A stretch of DNA of 64,000 nt from the NCBI GenBank assembly GCA_965228475.1, contig OZ245817.1, positions 736,001 through 800,000 on the forward strand, given 5' to 3'. Numbering within the stretch: the stretch's first letter is position 1; every line of letters starts with the position of its first letter. Of this stretch, positions 9,367 through 17,137 are shown in pieces. This DNA comes from Myxococcota bacterium (GTDB taxonomy: Bacteria; Myxococcota_A; UBA9160; JAFDDA01). The position numbers and the translations under genes are program-made. Under the pieces are notes generated by a model that was not told the DNA's origin, did no database searches, and saw nothing but the letters and a program-made list of their open reading frames with translations.

Positions 9367-10011
9367 CTACTGATCGGGAGCGAAAGCCGCGGCGAGTTCT
9401 TGGACCGCGGCGGCGGGGTCGTCTGCCGCGGCGACCGCCGAGATCACCGCGGCGAAGCGGGCGCCTGCAGCCGCGACCGCGCCGACGTTCTCCCGGTCGA
9501 TGCCGCCGATCGCGGCGAGCGGCCGCGGCGCCGCGGCGCGGACGGCTTCGGCCAGGGCGGTGAGCCCGCGCGCGCCGTAGGCGGAAGCCTTCGATTCGGT
9601 GCCGAAGACCGGACCGAAGGCGACGTAGTCGAGCGGGAGCCGCGCGGCCTCGGCCCAGTGGGCCGGCTCGTGGGTCGACGCGCCGAGGAGCAGGCGCTCG
9701 CGAGCGGCCGCCGGCAGGCGCTCGACGGGCAGGTCCCCGCGGCCGAGATGCACGCCGTCGGCTCCGGCCAGCAGGGCCAGATCGAAGCGGTCGTTCACGA
9801 AGAAGAGCACGCCGGCGCGCTCGGTCTCGCGGCGGATCGCCTCCGCGAAGCGGAGGCACTGACGGTCCGTCGCATGCTTCGCCCGCAGCTGGACGACGGC
9901 GGCGCCGCCCCGGCAGGCGGCCTCGGCCTGCTCGACCGGGTCCCACTTCCAGCGCGGGTCGTCGTCGGCCAGGACCATGAGCCCCCGGCGCTGCGCGAGG
10001 GAGGGCTTCAG
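9367..10011 (-). CDS. thiE: Thiamine-phosphate synthase
   Basis: VQLRAK, FVNDRFDLA...ADGVHLG, GASTH, GPVFGTESK, AIGGI. The start is either CTG 10011 (after GAGGAGG) or ATG 9978. Confidence 0.9.
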   Translation of the reverse strand: MKPSLAQRRGLMVLADDDPRWKWDPVEQAEAACRGGAAVVQLRAKHATDRQCLRFAEAIRRETERAGVLFFVNDRFDLALLAGADGVHLGRGDLPVERLPAAARERLLLGASTHEPAHWAEAARLPLDYVAFGPVFGTESKASAYGARGLTALAEAVRAAAPRPLAAIGGIDRENVGAVAAAGARFAAVISAVAAADDPAAAVQELAAAFAPDQ

Positions 10012-10021
10012 GCCGCCCTCC

Positions 10022-11479
10022 TCAGTCCCGGCCCGGCAGCGTGATGCCGAGCTCGACGATCTTCTTGCGCAGCGTGTTGCGGTTGATTCCGAGCAGGGCC
10101 GCGGCGCGGATCTGGTTGCCTCCGGTGCGCTCGAGGGCCGCCGCGATGAGCGGGCGCTCGACGCTCTCGACGAGGCGCCGGTGCACGTCGCTCGTCCCTT
10201 CGGGCGCTTCGAGCGCCGCATCGAGGGCCTCGCCGATGAGGTCGTTCATCGAGCCCGGCTCCTCCGCCTCGACGACCGGCGCGTCGAGGAAGCCGAAGTC
10301 GTCCGGGGAGAGCACCTCCCCCGAGGCGAGCACGAGCGCGCGCTTCACGGCGTTCTCGAGCTCGCGCACGTTTCCCGGCCACGGGTGGTGGGCCAGGTGT
10401 TCGAGGGCCGCCTCGGACAGGAAGCGCGGCGCGCCCACGAGCTCCTCCGCGTAGAGGGTGGTGAAGTGCTCGGCGAGGCCGCGGACGTCGTCCTGGCGCT
10501 CGCGCAGGGCGGGCAGGTGGATCGGAACGATGCGCAGCCGGTAGAGGAGGTCTTCGCGGAAGCGTCCCTCCCGGACCATCTGGTCGAGGTCGCGGTGAGT
10601 CGCCGCGACGACGCGCACGTCGACGCGGTCCGCGCGCCGGCCGCCCACCGACGTGACCTCGCCGTTCTGGAGTACGCGCAGGAGCTTGGCCTGGAGGTCG
10701 ATGGCCATGTCGCCGATCTCGTCGAGGAGCAGCGTGCCGCCCGATGCCTCGCGAAAGCGTCCGGGCCGGGCATCGACGGCGCCCGTGAAGGCGCCGCGTT
10801 CGTGGCCGAAGAGTTCGCTCTCGAGCAGCTCGCGCGGGATGGCCGCCGTGTTCACCGCGACGAAGCGCTCGCCGGCCCGGTCGCTCGCTTCGTGGATGGC
10901 GCGGGCGACGCGCTCCTTGCCCGTGCCCGTTTCGCCCGTCACGAGCACCGGGATGTCGCTGGCCGCGACCTTGCCCACGGTCTTGAACACCTCGAGCATG
11001 GCGTTGCAGCGCCCGATCAGCCGGTCGGTCACGGGGACGGAGCCGGCCTCGCGCCGCAGCAACCGCACCTCGCGCTCGAGGTCGCGGTTGCGCAGGGCCT
11101 TCGCGACGAGGAGGCTCGTTTCGGAGAGCGCGAACGGCTTGCGCAGGTAGTCGAGGGCGCCGAGCTTCATCGCCTCCATCGTGTTGTCGAAGGTGCTCTC
11201 GGCCGTCATCACGACGATCGCGGTCTGGCTGCCGAGCGTGCGCACGCGCTCGAGCACCTCGAGTCCCGTTGCGCCCGGCATGCGGATGTCGAGGAAGGCG
11301 ACGTCGAAGTCCTGGCCCGCGAGCGCTTCGAAGGCGGCCTCGCCGTCGCTCACGGTCACGACCTCGTGGCCTTCGTCCGCCAGCCACTCCTGCATGTTCT
11401 CGAGGATCGAGGCTTCGTCGTCCGCGACGAGGACGCGGGCGCGCTCTCCGGGCGGGCTTTGCGTTCCGGGATCACTCAT
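10022..11479 (-). CDS. ntrC: Sigma-54-dependent response regulator, NtrC type
   Basis: REC (VADDE, LDIRMP, KP), AAA+ (GETGTGKE, GAFTGA) and Fis HTH GNQIRAAALLGINRNTLRKKI. Confidence 0.85.
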   Translation of the reverse strand: MSDPGTQSPPGERARVLVADDEASILENMQEWLADEGHEVVTVSDGEAAFEALAGQDFDVAFLDIRMPGATGLEVLERVRTLGSQTAIVVMTAESTFDNTMEAMKLGALDYLRKPFALSETSLLVAKALRNRDLEREVRLLRREAGSVPVTDRLIGRCNAMLEVFKTVGKVAASDIPVLVTGETGTGKERVARAIHEASDRAGERFVAVNTAAIPRELLESELFGHERGAFTGAVDARPGRFREASGGTLLLDEIGDMAIDLQAKLLRVLQNGEVTSVGGRRADRVDVRVVAATHRDLDQMVREGRFREDLLYRLRIVPIHLPALRERQDDVRGLAEHFTTLYAEELVGAPRFLSEAALEHLAHHPWPGNVRELENAVKRALVLASGEVLSPDDFGFLDAPVVEAEEPGSMNDLIGEALDAALEAPEGTSDVHRRLVESVERPLIAAALERTGGNQIRAAALLGINRNTLRKKIVELGITLPGRD

Positions 11480-11561
11480 GGTCTTGCTCCGGCGAGCCAG
11501 GGCGTCGTTCGCTCACTCATAATCTTGCTCCGGCGAGCCAGGGCGTCGTTCGCTCGCTCAT
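11476..11561 (-). repeat. Two 41-nt-period MIRU-like units, each a coupled 14-aa mini-ORF
   Basis: A 39-nt unit occurs at 11482-11520 and 11523-11561 (1 mismatch). Minus-strand ORFs 11517-11561 (MSERTTPWLAGARL) and 11476-11520 (MSERTTPWLAGARP) link ntrB to ntrC by ATGA overlaps. Confidence 0.85.
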
Positions 11562-12664
11562 GTGGGTTCTCCGGCGGTTCGCAGGGGGAGGTGCACCCGG
11601 GCGCGCGTGCCCTTGCCGGGCTCGCCCTCGAGGGCGAGGCGCCCACCGTGGCCCGCGACCCAGTGCTGGGCGATCGCCAGGCCGAGGCCGGTGCCGGCCG
11701 CGCGCGTGGTGAAGAAGGGTTCGGTGATGCGGTCGCGCAGGTCGTCCGGAATCCCGGGCCCGCTGTCGCGGATGGAGATCTCGACGGCGGGGCCGCGCGA
11801 CCGCTCGCCGGTGGCGAGCCGCAGCGCGAGGTCGATGCGCGTGCGGATCTCGAGGCGCGCGTTGCCCTGGGGTTCGCCCTCGTTCATCGCCTGGAGCGCG
11901 TTGCGCACGAGGTTGTGGAAGATCTGGGCGAGGCGGTCCCGGTCCGCCATCAGCTCGGGGATCGAGGGGTCGTAGAGCCGGACGATCTCGACGCCCTCCG
12001 AGAGCGGATCCAGGTCGTGGAGGTCGAGCACGTCGTCGAGCACGCGGTGGAGGTTCACGGCCCTCGGGCGCAGGCGTTCGTCGCGGGCGAGCTCCATGAA
12101 GTCGTCGAGCAGCGCGCTGATGCGGTCCGTCTCGCGCATCACGAGCTCGGCGGTCTTCTTGGCCCGCGGGTCGTCCGAGCGCCGGGCCAGGAGTTCACCG
12201 GCGCCGCGAATCCCGCCGAGCGGGTTCTTCACCTCGTGGGCGATGCCCGCGGCGATGCGTCCGAAGGAAGTCATGCGGTGGCGCTCGGATTCCGCGTCGA
12301 GCAGCTCCCGCTGGATGCTCCGGTCCCGGATCTCGAGGACCACGCCGTCGCCGCGCTCCTCGGCGTCCCGGAACGGCGAGACCGCGATCTCGACGAGCCG
12401 GTTGCCCGAGCCGGTCGCGTCGCCGACCCGCGGCTCGAGCAGGATCTCGTTCTCGACGAGGCCGCGGCCCTCGGCGAGGACCGTGCGCACGTAGCGGGAG
12501 AGCTCGCGGCCGAGCACCTGCTCGACCGGCCGCCGCCGCGCCGTCTCGGCCGAGGTCATGAGCAGCCGGCAGGCGGCGGTGTTCATCTCCCGCACCGTCC
12601 CGCCGGCGTCGATCACCACGACGCCAGAGAGCAGCGCGTCGATCACGAGAGCCAGGTTCTGCAA
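11558..12664 (-). CDS. ntrB: PAS sensor histidine kinase, NtrB type
   Basis: PAS, H-box AHEVKNPL, YDPSIPEL (NtrB-like), N-box, DSGPG, GTGLGL. Probable TTG start at 12664. Confidence 0.82.
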   Translation of the reverse strand: MQNLALVIDALLSGVVVIDAGGTVREMNTAACRLLMTSAETARRRPVEQVLGRELSRYVRTVLAEGRGLVENEILLEPRVGDATGSGNRLVEIAVSPFRDAEERGDGVVLEIRDRSIQRELLDAESERHRMTSFGRIAAGIAHEVKNPLGGIRGAGELLARRSDDPRAKKTAELVMRETDRISALLDDFMELARDERLRPRAVNLHRVLDDVLDLHDLDPLSEGVEIVRLYDPSIPELMADRDRLAQIFHNLVRNALQAMNEGEPQGNARLEIRTRIDLALRLATGERSRGPAVEISIRDSGPGIPDDLRDRITEPFFTTRAAGTGLGLAIAQHWVAGHGGRLALEGEPGKGTRARVHLPLRTAGEPT

Positions 12665-12736
12665 TCCGGCCCCCTCGCTTCGCGCCGCCCCTCGGCCCGC
12701 GCAACCCACCGAAATCAAAGAAGATCGGCGGGTGAG

Positions 12737-12753
12737 TGCCTATTATTTGGGCA
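12737..12753. promoter_or_regulatory. NtrC-type binding box
   Basis: TGCCTATTATTTGGGCA is a 17-bp TGC-N11-GCA palindrome with an AT-rich core, between the divergent ntrB and moeA. Confidence 0.65.
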
Positions 12754-12822
12754 GGCTAGCCGCTCTGCCGCGCTGCGTCGAGCGGCCTTGGCCGAGGCGC
12801 GCGTGCGGGGTAGGGTCCGGCC

Positions 12823-14076
12823 ATGAGGGAAGGGCTCAGCGTCGAAGAGGCCCGCCGTTTCGTGCTCGACGCGGCCGAGCCGCTCGGAGCGGAGACGGTG
12901 CCCGCCGCGGAAGCCCTCGGCCGGGTGCTCGCCGAGCCGGTGCGCTCCGGACGGACCCTCCCCCCGGAAGACAACTCCGCCATGGACGGATACGCCGTGC
13001 GCGCGGCGGACGTGGCGGCCCCCCCGGCGGAACTGCCGGTCGTCTACGAGGTGCCCGCCGGCGGGCACGCGCCGCGCCCCCTGGCTCCCGGCGAGGCGGC
13101 CCGCATCTTCACCGGCGCGCCCGTTCCGCCCGGGTCGGACGCCGTCGTCCGCCAGGAGGACACCGAGCGCACGGGGGATCGCGTCCGCATCGACGTCGGC
13201 GTGCCGGCCGGGGAGAACGTGCGCCGCGCGGGCGAGGACGTCGCGGCGGGGGACGAGGTCTTCGTCGCCGGCGAGCGCCTGCGCCCGGCGCATCTCGGGA
13301 TGATCGCCTCCCTCGGCCGCACCCAGCTGGCCGTGCATCGGCGGCCCCGGGTGGCGCTGCTCTCGGGCGGCGACGAGCTGGTCGAACCGGACGGCGACGT
13401 CACCGGCGGCAAGATCGTCTCCTCGAACTCCTACACGCTGGCCGCCCAGTGCCGCGAGATCGGCGCCGAGCCGCGCTACCTCGGGATCGCCCGCGACGAG
13501 CCCGCGGACATCGAGCGCCGCCTGCGCGCCGGCCTCGCCTGCGACGCCCTCGTGAGCTCCGCGGGCGTCTCGGTCGGCGACCGCGACCACGTGCGCAGCG
13601 TGCTCGAGGCGCTCGGCTGCAAGCTCGAGTTCTGGGGCGTGCGCGTGAAGCCCGGCTACCCCTTCGTCTTCGGCCGCTTCGCCGACGGCCGCGGCCCGCT
13701 GGTCTTCGGCCTTCCCGGCAATCCGGTCTCCGCGATGGTGACCTTCGAGCTGCTCGTCCGGCCGGTGCTGTTGCGTCTCGCAGGCTGGAGCGCCCTTGAC
13801 CGGCCGGTCCTCGACGTCGTCCTCGGCGAGACGCTCACCAAGAAGGCCGGCCGCGCGCACTACGTCCGCGTGCGTCTCGAGCGCCGCGAAGGCCGCGTCG
13901 TCGCGCGGACCACGGGGAACCAGAGCTCGGGGGTGCTCCGCTCGATGGCCCGCGCCCACGGCCTGCTCGTCTTCCCGGAAACGGCGACGCGCCTGGCCGA
14001 AGGCGACTGCGCCCGGGTGCTCCTGCTCGACGACGACTTCCTCGGTGGCGCACCGGACGATGCGGGCGCTCCGTGA
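12823..14076 (+). CDS. moeA: Molybdopterin molybdotransferase
   Basis: SAMDGYAVR, RIFTGAPVP, GDEL, GVSVGDRD, KPG, GLPGNPVS. Confidence 0.95.
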   Translation: MREGLSVEEARRFVLDAAEPLGAETVPAAEALGRVLAEPVRSGRTLPPEDNSAMDGYAVRAADVAAPPAELPVVYEVPAGGHAPRPLAPGEAARIFTGAPVPPGSDAVVRQEDTERTGDRVRIDVGVPAGENVRRAGEDVAAGDEVFVAGERLRPAHLGMIASLGRTQLAVHRRPRVALLSGGDELVEPDGDVTGGKIVSSNSYTLAAQCREIGAEPRYLGIARDEPADIERRLRAGLACDALVSSAGVSVGDRDHVRSVLEALGCKLEFWGVRVKPGYPFVFGRFADGRGPLVFGLPGNPVSAMVTFELLVRPVLLRLAGWSALDRPVLDVVLGETLTKKAGRAHYVRVRLERREGRVVARTTGNQSSGVLRSMARAHGLLVFPETATRLAEGDCARVLLLDDDFLGGAPDDAGAP

Positions 14077-14099
14077 GCGCGCCGCGCGATCCTCGGTGA
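14073..14099 (+). other. 8-aa coupling mini-ORF (MSAPRDPR) between moeA and mobA
   Basis: GTGA overlap with the moeA stop at 14073-14076, and GTGA overlap with the mobA start at 14096-14099. Period 23 nt. Confidence 0.5.
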
Positions 14100-14722
14100 G
14101 CGCTTCGCGGTTCCCGGTCCGCGCTTCGCTCGACGGCGCCGTCCTCCTGGGCGGTGCTTCCTCGCGCATGGGCACCGACAAGGCCACGCTCGAGTTCGCG
14201 GGCCTGCCGAGCGTGGAGCACGTCGCGCGGGCGGTCGCGAGGGTCTGCGAGACGCTCTACCTCGTCGGCGGCGCGCCGCCCGAGACCACCCGCGGCCATC
14301 GCATCCCCGACCCCGAAGGGCCCCAGTGCGCCCTGCGCGGCCTGGTCGCCGCGCTCGACGCTTCGCGAGCCGAGTACGTGCTGGTCCTCGCGACGGATCT
14401 CCCGCTCGTGACGCCGGACCTGTTGCGTGCGCTGGCCGTCGCGCCCGAGGCGGCGGCGGTGGTGCCGCGCGACGAAGGCGGAATCCACCCCCTGTGTGCG
14501 CGCTACCGGCGGGAGCCCGTGCTCTCCGCGGCCGCAGCGCGGCTGGCGTCGGGAAGCCTCGCCCTGCGCGGCGTGCTCGAGGACGTCGGGTTCCATCCCC
14601 TCGAAGGCGACGCTCTGCGCGCGGCGGACCCCGAAGGGCGGGCGCTGTGGAACGTGAATCGGCCGGAGGAGGCGAGGAAGGCGGCCGGCTGGCTCGAGGA
14701 GCGCGCGCAGCGCTCCGGGTGA
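14096..14722 (+). CDS. mobA: Molybdenum cofactor guanylyltransferase
   Basis: LLGGASSRMGTDKA, ATDLP, HPLCARY, NVNRPEE. An alternative start is ATG 14060. Confidence 0.88.
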   Translation: MSASRFPVRASLDGAVLLGGASSRMGTDKATLEFAGLPSVEHVARAVARVCETLYLVGGAPPETTRGHRIPDPEGPQCALRGLVAALDASRAEYVLVLATDLPLVTPDLLRALAVAPEAAAVVPRDEGGIHPLCARYRREPVLSAAAARLASGSLALRGVLEDVGFHPLEGDALRAADPEGRALWNVNRPEEARKAAGWLEERAQRSG

Positions 14723-14729
14723 ACTCGGG

Positions 14730-15077
14730 TCAGCGCCCGAGGAGCCGTTCGATCTGCTCGCGGACGCGGTCCACGGAGAGTGGCCGCCGAAGCAACGCCG
14801 GCTCCGGGCTCTCTTCCGCCGAGGAGGAGAGCAGCACGAACGGCACGGTCGGGAAGCGGCGTTCGCAGAGGTGGCGCAAGAAGAGTCCGGCGCGCGCGCC
14901 TTCGAGCACGTCGTCGGCCACGATCAGGTCGTATCCGATCTCGGAGAGGCGTTCGACGGCGCTCGGAACGCTCGAGGTCGAGTCGATCTCGAAGGCGGGG
15001 TCGATGGCGCTGAGGCCTTCGCGCAGGACCGGGTCCGGCGCAGCGTGGGCTTCCACGATCAGGACGCGACGGGGCAT
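14730..15077 (-). CDS. Stand-alone degenerate receiver (CheY-like) protein
   Basis: RVLIVE...YDLIVAD...VPFVLLS...LRRPLS gives the REC fold pattern, with the acidic pair and the Lys altered. Confidence 0.65.
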   Translation of the reverse strand: MPRRVLIVEAHAAPDPVLREGLSAIDPAFEIDSTSSVPSAVERLSEIGYDLIVADDVLEGARAGLFLRHLCERRFPTVPFVLLSSSAEESPEPALLRRPLSVDRVREQIERLLGR

Positions 15078-15091
15078 GGGAGGGTTTCCGG

Positions 15092-15778
15092 TTACTGCGT
15101 GCTGAAGCGGTAGCCGATGCCCCGCACGGATTGGATGTAGTTCGAGCGCAGGCCGAGCTTCTTGCGCAGGTTCGAGAGGTGGCTGTCGATGGTGCGTTCG
15201 TAGACCACGACGTTGCCCCACACCGCGCTCATCAGTTCTTCCCGCGAGACGGGCTGGTTCTCCTCCCGAGCGAGCTGGAAGAGCAGTCGGAACTCGTGGG
15301 GCGTCAGGTCGAGCTCTTCCTCGCCTTCGCTCCCGTTCAGGAAGGCACGCTGGAGGGTCAGATCGAGGCGGAGGTCGCCGCGCTCGAAGTGTGCGCTCGA
15401 CTCGCGCCGGCCCTGGAGCCGGCGCAGGCGAGCCATCACCCGCGCGTGGAGTTCGCGGCCATCGAGGGGCTGCTCGACGAAGTCGTCGGCGCCCACCGAG
15501 AAGGCGTGGATGCGGTCTTCGGTGTCGCTTCCCGAGGAAACGAAGACGATCGCCGTATCCGCGTGGCGTTCCTGCTGCTGGAGTTCACGGCAGAGGGCGA
15601 AGCCGTCCCCGTCCGGCAGGCGAACGTTCACGACGACGGCGTCGAAGCGGTCGGAGGCGATGCGCTGGCGCGCGGCCTCGATTGACGCCACGGAGGTCAC
15701 GTCGAAGTCGTTGCCGAGGGCCGCAGCGACGATCTCTGCACATTCGATTGAGCTTTCGACCAGCAAGGCCTTCCACAT
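15092..15778 (-). CDS. OmpR/PhoB-family response regulator with atypical receiver
   Basis: GADDF, LTPHEFRLL, VSREELM..VWG, RTIDSHLSNLRKKL, SVRGIGYRF. The SD GAGGAG precedes ATG 15778. Confidence 0.88.
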   Translation of the reverse strand: MWKALLVESSIECAEIVAAALGNDFDVTSVASIEAARQRIASDRFDAVVVNVRLPDGDGFALCRELQQQERHADTAIVFVSSGSDTEDRIHAFSVGADDFVEQPLDGRELHARVMARLRRLQGRRESSAHFERGDLRLDLTLQRAFLNGSEGEEELDLTPHEFRLLFQLAREENQPVSREELMSAVWGNVVVYERTIDSHLSNLRKKLGLRSNYIQSVRGIGYRFSTQ

Positions 15779-15880
15779 CCGCACCCGCTCCTCCATGCGG
15801 AGGTATCGGAGCGTCCTGCGTTCCGCTTGAATGCCGTGGGGACATTGTGTCGTTCGATGCCGACGCCGTGCGAGCGTCCG

Positions 15881-17137
15881 CTAGCGACGGCGGCGGAAGA
15901 GCGCTCGGATCGCGTCGGCGTCGACGGCGTGTGCATCGCCCGCGAAGCGCGCGCGCTCGAGCGACGCGAGGGCGTCTTCGCATGCGGCCGGCGTCGCGTC
16001 GGGGAAAGCCTCTAGCGAAGGCTGGGTCCCATGCCCGTCCGCGCCGCGGCGAAACCCCGGCGGCGCGGCGTCGACGATGCTGCGGACGGCCCGTTCGAGC
16101 GCCGCCAGGCGGGCTTCCGGGCTCTCGGCGCTGTCCGCCTCACGCAGGGCGGCGCGAACCGTTCGCAGCGTGCCGTCACGAGCTCGTCGCGCTCTCACGG
16201 CGCGCACGGCCAGCACGGCGACGAACCCGAATGCGAGAACGACGGCGGCCATGCCCGGCCCGATCGCGCGGGCCGCGCCCGATGGGGAGGCGGCGGCGGG
16301 TTCCTGCGCCGACGCGGCGGGGGCTCCTCCCTGGGGAGCGGGCTCGCGTGCGCCGGGGCCCTCGTGGACGCGGACCTCCACTGGCTCGCTTTCGGCTACG
16401 GCATACCGTTCCGTCTCAGGGTCGAACCACGGGATGCGGAGCGCCGGGATGCGCAGGAGTCCGGGCGCCCGCGGGACGAGGTCGAAGCCCTGGGTGCGGA
16501 CGGTCCGGAGGGCCTGGGTCCCCTGGAAGGTGAGGCGCGCCGGCCGCGGAAAGACCTCGGCCCGGGCGGGGTCGAGGGGGAGCTCCACCCGCGCGAGCGA
16601 GAGGTCCGCCCTTCCTTCGATGAACACGTGGAGCCGGGTGCTTTCCCCGAACCGGAGTTCCGGAGCGACCCGAACCGAAACCGCCGTCGGTCCGACGACG
16701 CCGGTGAACCCTTCGGGCCGTCCCGCCGCCGGGGGCGGGCGGGCCTCGAAGACGGCGGCCGGAAGCACCGCCTCCTGCTCGCCGCAGCGAATGCCGGCCG
16801 CCGGGAGCGTGAGCTCGCCCGCGCGGACCGGGAAGAGCCACACGCGCTCCTCGGTGCGGAGCGTCGAGCCCGAGGGGGACTCGACGCGCGACGTGGTCGA
16901 TCGTGCCTCGAGCCGCTCGACGCGGAAGCCCGGGTAGCGGCGCGCCACGGTCCAGCGAAAGTCCGCCTCCGCCGGACGCACGGTGACCGTGCGCTGGAGG
17001 ATCGGCTGTCCGACGAAGCCCGCCGAGGGTTCGAGGCGGGCGGAGACGAGGCACTCCGCTCCCGCGGAAGGGCCGGGAAGCACCAAGACGCTCGCAAGTA
17101 GCAGCGCACGGAGGACGAGCCTTCGACGCGCGGTCAC
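15881..17137 (-). CDS. BatD family protein
   Basis: Signal-like N-terminus, two Ig-like repeats (LFPVRAGELTLPA, VPRAPGLLRIPALRIPWFDPETERY), FTGVVG and a C-terminal TM. Last gene of the MoxR/VWA operon. Confidence 0.75.
   Translation of the reverse strand: MTARRRLVLRALLLASVLVLPGPSAGAECLVSARLEPSAGFVGQPILQRTVTVRPAEADFRWTVARRYPGFRVERLEARSTTSRVESPSGSTLRTEERVWLFPVRAGELTLPAAGIRCGEQEAVLPAAVFEARPPPAAGRPEGFTGVVGPTAVSVRVAPELRFGESTRLHVFIEGRADLSLARVELPLDPARAEVFPRPARLTFQGTQALRTVRTQGFDLVPRAPGLLRIPALRIPWFDPETERYAVAESEPVEVRVHEGPGAREPAPQGGAPAASAQEPAAASPSGAARAIGPGMAAVVLAFGFVAVLAVRAVRARRARDGTLRTVRAALREADSAESPEARLAALERAVRSIVDAAPPGFRRGADGHGTQPSLEAFPDATPAACEDALASLERARFAGDAHAVDADAIRALFRRRR

Noticed and set aside
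11476..11561. Possible mini CRISPR array
   Set aside because: The repeats are separated by only 2 nt, there are no spacers, and no cas genes are present.
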